A stretch of 64,000 nucleotides of DNA, taken from contig DF237435.1 in NCBI GenBank assembly GCA_000708835.1, positions 1 through 64,000 on the forward strand. The letters are read 5' to 3'. The translations under genes and the position numbers were made by a program. Below are positions 1 through 10,748 of the stretch, one piece after another (within the stretch, counting starts at the first letter, position 1; each line of letters starts with the position of its first letter). A model generated the notes under the pieces. The model did no database searches, had not been told where the DNA came from, and worked only from the letters and a program-made list of their open reading frames with translations. The DNA comes from Klebsormidium nitens. Lineage: Eukaryota; Plantae; Klebsormidiophyceae.

Positions 1-22
1 CCCTAAAACCCTAAAACCCTAA
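1..22. repeat. Telomere-like repeat (CCCTAAAA)n, i.e. TTTTAGGG type, at window start
   Basis: Sequence begins ccctaaaa-ccctaaaa-ccctaa. A second short tract ccctaaaaccctaa lies at 98-111. The C-rich strand at the 5' end is the orientation expected for a left chromosome end. Only ~2.75 copies are visible. Confidence 0.7.
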
Positions 23-327
23 TCACGAAAACACGCGATTTTTGCAGATTGTGAAAGCCCACAGAAGTCACGCTGAAAATACTGAATCTCTACAATACCC
101 TAAAACCCTAACATGCGGTGGCTGGCGTAAAAACGCAAGTCAATGATTGCGATGTCGCGACCGTACAGGCACGATCTGTGTTTCGAAAGTTTTGACACAC
201 TAGGTAGCTGAACTCCTTCAGTGGTCAAAGCAGCATTCAGAACCGCGCGATCAGTTTTTCGACGGCCTACATTTTGTCCTACTTTGTCCTCGATTGATTC
301 CGTCACCTCAGCTGATGACCACCCAAC

Positions 328-807
328 CTAGGACCTAGGCCACGGTTGTGAATCTGATAGGTCTCCGGACTCGGACTCGTATAGGCTGTCGGTGTTATAG
401 TCGCGGCAGAGTCTAGGGTCCGGGACCGTACTTGCAAGTCGTCCTCTGGAGTCTGGAGCGCCTTCGATGTTCTTGCACTTGCCACACAGTTGGTCGTGGA
501 CCTGAAAAGTCAAATCAAAAGATGGTCCTAGCTTGAACTCGAAGTTGAACAGCGAGGGCCTGCTGAGCTTAAAGCTTCTGTAATCTCTGATTAGGTACCG
601 GTGTTGACTGAAGATCAGGGGTATGGCGGCTGTCAAGAAAGCAACGCGAGTAAATAAGACTTGGGAAAATTCACCCAGGTAGAACCTCTGTAGTTCTCTA
701 GTTAATGTACTTTGCATTTTATCAACATCACCCCAAGACGAAAGAATTCTCAAATTTGAGTTTCCTAATATTCTACTGCAGCACCAAGGAACACCACTGC
801 AGGCCAT
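328..807 (-). CDS. Subtelomeric 159-aa ORF, hypothetical or gene fragment
   Basis: Open frame with ATG start, a CxxC (CGKC) and an acidic Ser-rich tail (DYNTDSLYESESGDLSDS). No family recognised. Confidence 0.25.
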   Translation of the reverse strand: MACSGVPWCCSRILGNSNLRILSSWGDVDKMQSTLTRELQRFYLGEFSQVLFTRVAFLTAAIPLIFSQHRYLIRDYRSFKLSRPSLFNFEFKLGPSFDLTFQVHDQLCGKCKNIEGAPDSRGRLASTVPDPRLCRDYNTDSLYESESGDLSDSQPWPRS

Positions 808-995
808 GATCTAAACATCGTAACCCCAACATTAGGGGCAGCGTAGAGCCGTCTATCAAATGTGGCAGAGGGTATGAGAGCAAAAGTTGTTTGCGCTGAC
901 TTGCCCCCATTTGGGTTGCTGCTGTGGTGAAGTGCACATTGATCGTGCGGTCAACAGTTGGCACACAATTAGAAGCCAGCGGCAGACGGACTGGC

Positions 996-3900
996 ATGGG
1001 TGGAGTGGTGCCTTGCGGTGTTGTGACGGCCCTGCTGCTGCTGGCGCTTGCTGCGGGGGGCGTGCAAGGGCAAGCTAGCACGGGGGGCATCCAATTCCAG
1101 AATTGTGAAAAACTCACGGCTTACAAGAATCTGTAAGGCCCTCGCTTAAGTTTCTCAATCCCATGCAATGCTTGCACCCTTCCCTTGAGATGCGCTTTTC
1201 ATCGAGGTCTCTGCATTGAGGTGGGAGATGGACTCCCATATCTGGAATCTGTCCACAACATTCTCAGAAACTTTCCAAAGCAGCCAGGTATAATGCTTTT
1301 TTGTCCTAAATCCCTTCTGCTCATGGTCCTGCTCTCATGCATACACCGAGCATTTTGCTTGCAGCTATTGGAATCTGGACAAGACTGCGGGAGTGGTAAC
1401 TTATGCCTTGGAGGATCGGGTCCCGGACGGCAGTTGGTCTGCATTTGGGTACAACACGCAGAACAGGGCGTCCATGGTCCCCAGTGACGTTGTCATCACC
1501 ACAGCCACCTCCGCTGGCGACTATGACATATCGGAGAGGGTAAGGCCCCGTGCCAGGACTGCTACGTGTAGGGTCAGACATACCTGTACTTTCTTCAGTA
1601 AGTATGGCTAGATTGCCTGCTGACCCTTGTTACAATGTGGGTGGCTCAGCTTTGACCCCATTTCTGCCCTCAGGCCCAGTGCGCGAGCAGCGGCGCCAGC
1701 TCCATTGGCGTGTGTGCGGACAGTGTCCTGGGGGGGACCAACGACGTGACGCTCATCTCTGCGGTGCGCCAGAATGGCATCAGCAAGGTCACCTTCTCCA
1801 AGCCCCTCAAAACCAAGGACAGCAAAGATTACGACCTGTCGTCCTCCACTGGAAAAGTAAGACCCGCCCAAGCCCCATTCTCATTGCACATCGCATCTTT
1901 GCAAAACTATTGCACAGAAGCGGGGGGCAAATGTTGGGGTCGGTGGTGTGATGAGCCACTGTCCTTGATGTGCGGGCTCCTTCTATCTTGCATCGGCCTT
2001 TTGCTTGTCGATCACTTCGCCTCCGATGCGGTTGGCCTCCCCCCACCTTCGCTTCACTTGACCAGCTTCACATGTTAAAGGCGCAACTCTGCATGGCACC
2101 AGGTCCTAGATCCGTCCCCTGTTTGATCCTCTCCCCCCCCCCTCCTTCTCCGCAGCCCGTCCAGGCCATCTATGGCAGCGGCCCACTGGACAGCAGCGGT
2201 GCCCCCAACTACCACGACACGTCGGTTACGGGCTATGCCAACGATTTCTACCCCATCACGCTGGACCGCACTCCTGTGCTCAACTGCGTGCCCCTCCTAC
2301 CGGACTCGGCCCTCAGTACCAACACATCCACTGCCCCTGCTCCAGGCAAGCCCTACCCTCGAGATTGTACTTGGACGGAACAGACGCGGTCTCTTCGCCA
2401 GCTCTTAACTCTGGAAGTCCTCAGCCTTTGAATCTAGCAGTCAGCTGATTGCTTTCAGGATGCCACACTTTACAATCTGTGAAGTCCCCGCTTCGAAGCT
2501 TTACACAAAGTCTCACTATGCATCACTGTGAGAAGGCCTGAGCTGCAACCCTTGCTAGCCGGACCCTGCGCCCAACTGCAAATTTTGCCGGCAGCACGTG
2601 TCGGGACACGGACCGGTGTGCTCTTTCGGGCAGTGACTGTGCCCCTTCTCACATCATCTTTGTGGATGTGGGCGTCCACCTGTGGCGTCCCACACGGTGT
2701 AGACCCGCCAATCCACAAGATCCTGACTGAGCAAAAAGGAGCAGTGCGGGCCCTCTGGTTCGAGGCCCATCAACAGATTTGGGCAGTTGCATCATATTGG
2801 CCTCACCAAGATCCCTATTTTTGCAGCGGCGTTGATTGTCCCCCCCCTACCTGCGGGCACCCCCGCGTGCAGCATCACGTTTGGGGGACAGCCCCGCTCG
2901 TTCCAGGTGTGCCGCGAGGAGGCAGTAGGGCTGACGTACCGCTGGAACAACCTGGGGGGGAACAAGCTGGAGGTGGCGGCGTCGTGCGACTTCGACGGCT
3001 GGTGCGGCCTGGGCTTCGGCAAGAAGATGGTCGGCTCCAGCGCCGTCATCGCGTTCCCCACAGGTGGGCACGCTGTCGTACCTGAGGGCTCCTGAAAGGT
3101 CGCCGTCGGAGCCCAGGCTGTAGCGAGCGGGACACAATACATGCGGATTGTGCAGCTTGTCCACTGTCCGCGGCAACGCGGTTGGCGTCTGGCCATCAGC
3201 ACGGGCATTCCAAGTCGCGCATGGCAATGCTTGACCAAGAAACAGAATTTTTGAAGTTTCGTCGTGAGTCACCACGGCCACTTTCGACAAAAGCGCTAAG
3301 GGCTTGCGCAGCCGCCGCACTCACGCAAGGTGCAATTTCTCCTGGCCCTTCTTCTACTGACATTGTCCCAGGCTCACGCGCCGTCTGCCTCCCCGTTCGC
3401 AGAGAAGGGCGTGTACGTGAGCAACTACCTGCTGGCGGGCCAGAGCGAGGACGAGGTGAAGCCTGGCACGGGCGTGCTGCGCGTGGGGCCCCTGGCCGCG
3501 GAGTACGTGGGTGGCACGCTGACCATGCTCTTCAACGTGACGCTGCCCGCCAGCCAGTACCCGGTGTCGGCGATCGTGGTGGGGAAGGGGCCGGCGGAGC
3601 GCGACTCGGGCAGCGGGCGCATCCAGGAGCACGACAGCTACTTCCAGGGGAGCATCGCGTGGGAGCAGGGAACAGTCAACCTGGAGCTGCACCGACGCGT
3701 CACCCAGGTCAGCTAGCCTGCCACGTGGAAGCTCATGGGACCATTCGGGCCCGCAGGAAGGCAGTGATTGCAGTGATCATGGCTGTGAATTGACGTTGAG
3801 CGGTCTGCCCCCTGTCCTGCTCCTTATGACTCGCTTGGACTGAAGGCCGTTCGCTTCGTCCACTTCAGGCATGGGGAAACAACCCTCTCGGGCAAGAAGC

Positions 3901-5182
3901 CTTGAGTTCCTTCGTAGGACTCAGATTTAACCTTTATACGTCTGGCACCTGCCATCGTTAACGGACGGCCTTACCCTTCAAACATCAGCCCCGTCTCAAA
4001 ACCACTTCCTTTCTCACATAAATTCATCGTCCGACTGACTTGCAGCTCATCGTTAGTACCAGATTTCGCCGCTTCGTCTTCAAATTATCCCGGGTGCAAT
4101 TGCACACCTTCGTTTGGCCCCCTTCCTTTGCGCAGGCGCACGGCATTTTGATGGTGGTGGTGTGGGTGTTTTTCTTCCCCGCGGGCGTGCTGGCCGCGCG
4201 GTACCTGCACCACCTGGACCCGCTCTGGTGGCACCTGCACCGCGCCTTCCAGGGCACCGGCTTCCTGCTCTTCGCCATTGCGCTGGGGCTCAGCCTCAAG
4301 TGCAAGGCGGTGGACGGCCGCTACTCCACCGCACACAAGGTGCTCGGGGTCTTCCTGCTCGTCGCCGTCTGCCTGCAGGTGACAGCCCGCCCCTCACAGC
4401 CGGGGCTTTCTCCGGGCAAGACCGCCTTTGGTGGATCAGCGCCCAGAAGTATTCCTGCAAGCAATTTTGCCCTGGGTAGCCGCTTGCATCAGCTTGAGCA
4501 AATTGTGTGGCGCGCGGGTCTTGCTCGACGAGTACTGATTATACCGACGGAGGGCTTGCTTAAATCTGCTTGTACGGCAGAAACCTTAGTTCTCATCCCG
4601 GCACTACAAGCCAGTCTTTCCGCCAACAACAAGGTTGGTTTGAGTCCGAGCGACCCTTGCTCATCCTGGAATCCTGGTGAAGACTACACTTCTGCGCTCG
4701 TCTAGTTTGCCTTCATTTGCGACAGAAACGAGGCTGTTACCGTATACACTTGCTTTGCTCATATTCCACCCTTTGCGACGTTGCTCCAGGTGGCTGCGGT
4801 GGTGCTGCGCCCCAAGAAGACGGCCAAGATCCGCTTCGCGTGGAACCAGTACCACCACTGGCTGGGCCGCACCGCGCTGCTTCTGTCCATCCCCAACATC
4901 TACCTCGGCATCAAGCTCTTCGCGGGCGGCTCCGCCTTTGCCGCCGTCTACAGCGTTCTGTGGATCCTAGTGCTCCTCGCGTTCGTTTGTTTGGAAGTCT
5001 GGTGGCGGCTGCGCGGCCCGTGGAGCCGGGGCCACAAGGACCCGGACGCGCTGCCCCAGGTGGGGCCGTCCGTGTCGTCCGCGCAGCTCAACGGGGTCGA
5101 GCTCAACGGGCAAGCGCCTAAAGGGCAGGAAGAGTACCAGCCGTACTCATTCTCGGCAGGGAACGAGGGCCGGCGCTTCTAG
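996..5182 (+). CDS. Cytochrome b561 and DOMON domain protein (signal peptide + 2 DOMON + cyt b561; CYBDOM/ferric-chelate reductase-like)
   Basis: Phase-consistent exons 996-1132, 1365-1539, 1674-1856, 2156-2345, 2827-3063, 3403-3707, 4136-4378, 4790-5182. N-terminal signal peptide ALLLLALAAGGVQG. DOMON1: LYWNL..SWSAFG..MVPSDV..NYH. DOMON2: WCGLGFGKKMVGSSAV..IQEH. Cyt b561 His motifs: AHGILM, WWHLHRAFQ, TAHKVLG, WNQYHHWLGR. Confidence 0.9.
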
Positions 5183-6481
5183 AGTTTTGCAAGTGAATGA
5201 GTTCGTCACTAGAAACCCTTGTTGACGCATGGGGTTGCTTCTTGTGCTCCGACTGGCATGCTGCTAGGCCGCTGCGTGTCAAGTTCGCCTTTGTGATGGC
5301 AATTATCGACTCGGTTTCAGGGTCACGTAGATGCCTGTCGCAGAAGGTTGGTTGGCTGGCATCTTTGTCAAGGCTTAATTGTACAGATTGATCAGGTATA
5401 CTTTATAAAAGCCGGATGGTTCAGATCCGATCTTGTCAACTCGCGTGTAGCTAAAAGAGCGCAAAATTGAGGTGATGAACCTCGATACGGAAAATGAGAT
5501 TCAATTTAATTCGATGTTTAGTACACAAACCAATAGAACTTCAATAGTTAATCACAGTAAAACAATGCAAGCATGGCACCACATGGGTTACCAGACCTAA
5601 GTTGCAACCGAGAGGACGTTAATGTATACCGTGTCTCATGTGCAATTTGATCAATTGCTGGCACTGCAGCTGCCATAAATCATTATAGTATGCCGTCAAT
5701 TAGCAACGGTATGCGCTGCATTAATCGATTTGAACTTAGAAGCGGCCCCATATATGCATGGCGGCGGCCTATATATATGTACGTTTCGACCTGGCACGGG
5801 CCATGCATGATACACATGATCATATATAATATAATATTTTCATCAGCTTGCGACGCAGGCATGATAGCTTTTGCAACATGCAATATGATGCATGTCATGC
5901 CTGCTCTAACGGCGCGCCGGCGGGCGCATGGCCCACAAGCCATATACATGGGCCTATATATATAGCTCATGTGCATCATGCAGTGGTAGTACGTCGGATA
6001 CATCATATCATGTGCGGCTAGATTACTATGAATTATATCGATATCGCGCTTTACGCGTCCATTGGAGTCTGTAAGGTCACTGGAAAACCTAGCTGGACTC
6101 GGGAATTCATGGTTTTGGTAGCGCGCGCTGTGGCGCGGCTGTGAATTGCATGTGCCTGCCCTTTCTGGACCGATGATACAAGGCCGTAGTATCTGGTCGA
6201 CGGTTCAGTGAAGTTTGATTGATCTACGAAGCGCCGGGCCGCCTCAAAACGTGGCATCCGAGCCCGCGTCTATAGGGCATGAGCCTACAGTTCATGCAGC
6301 GTGCCTGCAAGAGTGACGCACTCGAATGCGTGCGCCGGCTCGGCCACAATTTGCGCAATGCTTTGTGACTTGTACAATTGATCGAGGATTCGCTATTTTG
6401 ACACAGAGATCTTTTGACACTCAGATCGGATCACTCGGTCCAAACACATCCGTTGCGCTGCAGTATTATGAAGTTTTGTGG

Positions 6482-9400
6482 TCATGTCCCCTTGGCCGGT
6501 AGCTTTTCCGTCAACTCGGGGACAATTTTGAACAGGTCGCCCACGAGACCAAAGTCGGCGATCTGGAAGATGGGCGCGTCCCCGTCCTTGTTGATGGCCA
6601 CGATGACCTTGGAGTCCTTCATGCCCGCCAGGTGCTGGATCGCGCCGGAGATGCCCACAGCGATGTACATGTCCGGGGCCACCACCTTGCCCGTCTGGCC
6701 AACCTGAGACAGAACGCGCGCGGCCGACGTGAGGCCCTACGTCCTTCCCAGTCTAGAGTCTAGAGGCTGCTCAAGCTTGACGGGTCACCACACACGGAAC
6801 AGGCCATACGTACTTGACAAGTCCGGAAGAGGATCTAGCATGAGGCACTACAGGAGCTAATGGAAGCCGAGTGCCGACGACTTTGGCACCTCTCCTCGAG
6901 GGTGGGCACTAGAGGTATTGGAGATTCAGCATCAGAAGGCGATTGGAATGCCTCACGAACAACTTGCGCCACTGGTGCAGGGGCCTAAAAGGGGGCTCAA
7001 CTCTTCCACTTCGAGGACTGTGCGGCAGCGCCAATAAAGGAGAGTTAAGCTGCATCTGAGCGCAGAACGCTTCACCGGCGGCTCACCTGCATGTCGTTGG
7101 GCACATACCCCGCGTCCACTGCGGCTCGAGATGCGCCGACTGGAGGGGGCGGGGACGATTGGGGACGTCAGCAGACGCAGAGTGCCGAGAAGTCGGGCGC
7201 TCCACGGGGTCTTGGATACGATACAATCCAGAACATGCAATGGCAGGCTCGAAGAAAGCAGCATGAGTACGAACTGCTTTGAAGCTTACAGGAGAAGTCA
7301 ATGAACAAGTTTTCATACTTTGAACCAAAGCCGTGCCCTTAAGAATGAAAGCAAGTCCTTCCGTTGAAAGTTTTCGCCACTACGGGCGATATCACCAGGG
7401 CCACTTGTCTGCCCTCAACAGATCCACGTGTCCCCACCTGCGCCCCCCAGCTTGTCCGCCAGCTCCTCCAGCAGCTTGAAGTTCTCCGCGGACTTGAGCG
7501 CACGCCCCCCCGAGACGACCACTTTGGCACTCCCCAGCTCGGGCCGCTCGCTCGTGCTCAGCTCCTCGCCCACCCACTCCACCCGCCCCACGCTCTCGTC
7601 ACAACCGGGCACTCCCTCGGGCAGCTCCAAAGGAGAGACGGGTGCCCGGCTGCCATCTCCCGACTGCTTGGCGGGCTCGAAGGCGGTGGGGCGGATGGTT
7701 AGAAGGAAGGGTCCAGAGCCAGGGAAGCGAACCGTGGCCAGAGCGTTGCCAGCGTAAATGGGCCTGTGACGGGAGAGAACTCCTACAAGTATTCAATGAA
7801 TTGAATCGGATAGAGCCTGGACGAGGACCAGTCTTAGTTGGCTATTAGAAGGTCCTGATCGGTGACCAGTCTGCCACATGGTCACGAAGTCCCTGCAATC
7901 GTACCGTTACATCCAACCACACCCGAGCTTGGACGGAGCAGATCGCGCTCGTTGGAAGACAGCCAGGGCTGGAATTACCGGCGTCACACTCTCAAACGTC
8001 CGAGATCCGCGCGTCCAGAACTTTATTCCCATGTTCAAGCTCGGACAGAAGGCAGCTAGAGAGCAGCTTGCACCATTTCCCGCAAGGAATCGAGCCGACT
8101 GGACCTTCGTGTCCTACATCATGCCCGCTGGAGCAACAACAGAGTTTGTGAGCTCAAGTGTCGAGAAGTGCTTCAAGAAACTCTACCATCAATCGACGGG
8201 CCTTCATTTCCCTGTCGTTTGATTCTTTCGCATTAGACACCCTGAGATTGGGATACTGCTTCACGAGGACATCAAAAAATCTCGGAACAAGGGCGTCGAT
8301 CGCCAGCCTTCTTAGTGGTTTCTAACCAAAACTCTCGCTGTAAGGCCTTCAGCCCTCACCTGACGAACGTCTTGGTGTCTACAATCTGTACAACGTCGCT
8401 GACCGGTGCCACGTCCAGCAGGGCGGCTGCCCGGGGGAGCAGGTTCTTGCCGAAGGTGCTGTGGGGGGCCACGACGTAGTCGAACTGCCGCTGGCCGTGC
8501 AGCCACACCAGGACCTCCGCCAGCGGCTCCGCCACCGCGTGCGCCAACGCAGCGTGGTCGGCAGTCAACACCTGCAGGCGCCGCAGCAATGGGGCTATAT
8601 TAGCAACAGCTGGCACTGTCGACCACCAGCTCTCAAATCAGATGAGAGGGGGCACGGTGAAGAAGCTCTTGAAAGCCCCTATGGTGTAGCGACCAAAACT
8701 GGCAATACCAAGGGCCGCAAGCCAGAACTGAATCCATCCCCTCATTTTCCCTGTAAGTGCTGTTTGCTTCTTGGACAGTTTCACAGGTGCTTGTCCAGCC
8801 TACCTGTGGAACATCAGGACGAAAGGGGCACTCAAAAAGTTGTGATCCGGCTGGCTTCACCAAACCACTATCAAAAGAATTGCTTCTGAAGCCTTCAGGC
8901 AGGCCGCAGGAGGGCACGCATGCTGCTGACCAAATGGATTCTGAGAGTACTTCACTCTAGTTCCCCAGCTCGGGGTGTGTCTGACCACTTTGTTTGTCGA
9001 ACCACCTCTCAAGCATACGTAGAGCAGGATGAAGCAGAACCAAGACCTCATTCGGGCTTCGAACCTGCCCTGTGTTGACGGAAAGCAAACAGCAAGAAGA
9101 GACCCCAGGCTCAATGAGCGCTAGCAGTCTTTGTTTCAAGAAGAAAGGCAACTTCAGGCAAGGACTTCCTCTCTGAAGAACCTTCCCTTTGTCACCTTGT
9201 TGATGCACTCACTTCCTTGACCCCTGCTGCCTGGCTGGCTGCCTCTGCCACGGGCGCCACCCCCTGCCCCGCCACCAGCAGCGACACCGGCTGCCCCAGC
9301 TGCCCCGCCGCAGTGACGGCCGCCAGGGTGCCGCTCTTGGGGGCCCGCCCATCGTGCTCCACCACCACCAGAGTGCCCGCCTGGCCAAGCGGGAGAACCA

Positions 9401-10164
9401 TAGAAAGGAGCAAGTCAGAGGGGGCAAACGAGCAATGTAAAAGTGCCAGTTATTAGCATGTCATAAGTCCAATCCATGCCAGCAGGCATTCTGCAACAAA
9501 GGCACTTGACGGCTTATCTCATTTGTTCCTCATTGGACTCTGGAGTATTCTGTGCTTCGACCACTATAGACTCCAACGCGTCAGGACTGGTCTATAGCCG
9601 TGAACTTTTCAAGAAAAACAACCTCCTCAAGTCATCCGGCTCATTCTCACCGCCATCAAATCAAAGTCAAAATCATTCGAGCAAAGGACTTGACTGCATC
9701 AAAGCTGCTGCGACTGTGCATGCCGGTTTCAACAGATTTTGCAGCTGCGTTTTTGGCGTGTTGCACGCCCAGCAAAAGAAGGGCTGGGACTACAAACAAA
9801 GATAGCTGATTGCTGTAGGGTGAAACATACACGAGTTGGAATGAAAGGCTGGACATCAATCTGTCCTTGAAAGTATCTTCCACCGTTAAACGTCAGAAAG
9901 CCAAGAATTGAGCAATCCAGCTGTTTCGTATGGAAAGCCCCAGCACTTTCGAGCTGATGCAAGGGAGTTCTTCAAAGATACGTCGCCGCATGTACTGGCA
10001 GGTCTTCAGCTGCTGGTGCTCACCCATCTGCACAGGCTGGTAGCACACCCGTGCACCGCGCCCAGCTGGGAGCTGGCCCACCCGCTAGCGCTGCCTTGCA
10101 CAGAGGGACGCAGCTGCAGCCCTGCTCGGGCAAGCCCCGCCTGCAGCTGCAAGAGAGCGGCCAT
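6482..10164 (-). CDS. ETFA: Electron transfer flavoprotein subunit alpha, mitochondrial
   Basis: Exons 10164-10024, 9380-9213, 8571-8360, 7763-7438, 7139-7087, 6703-6482. Motifs [84 protein letters not shown]. Arg/Ala/Ser-rich presequence. Confidence 0.97.
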
Positions 10165-10283
10165 GCCGGCAAGTCGTAACCTGAGAGAAACACTGTGCAA
10201 CACTCCAAATCTTCGAAGCTGGAACGACTTGGTGCGCACAACCATCCAACAGTCCATGCGAGAGTGAGAAGCGAGTGCGAGAA

Positions 10284-10291
10284 TTAGGGTT
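10284..10291 (-). promoter_or_regulatory. Telo-box-like motif (AACCCTAA on minus strand) in the ETFA/PRP6 divergent promoter
   Basis: TTAGGGTT at 10284-10291, in the ~580-bp head-to-head spacer. Telo-boxes are established in plant promoters of translation and RNA-processing genes. Confidence 0.35.
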
Positions 10292-10748
10292 CCGCCAAGC
10301 TTGGCTAGTGGCTGACTTTATTTGGACATATTGGGTACTATGAACTGGCAAATCTGATGAGAAAATTGCGTAAATCTGCTCCTGAAAGCCGTCCGATGCA
10401 TTCCAAAGCTGCGATGAAGCGTCCATCATTTGCTCTGATGGTACATAAGCAGCGGGTCAGACGAGCAGCTATGGATAATAGTGCTGACCCCGCTCAAGAT
10501 ATGACATCATGATCAACCTCCAAGCACACCAACTTCAACTTCAAGAACCACACCAAGAACCACACCACAATCTTGTCCCTTCCGGATAGCACTGTTAGCA
10601 GCCCCAACGCCCCCCTGGGGCGGCTACTCTTTGCTTGAATATCTGGGTGGATAGGTGGTGCAGGTTGGAGCCAGGGTTCTTGTTGTCCACTCTCCTATCC
10701 AGGTGGTTGCCAGCCCGCGCTTGCTTTGTTGTTCCTCAGTCAGTCAGC

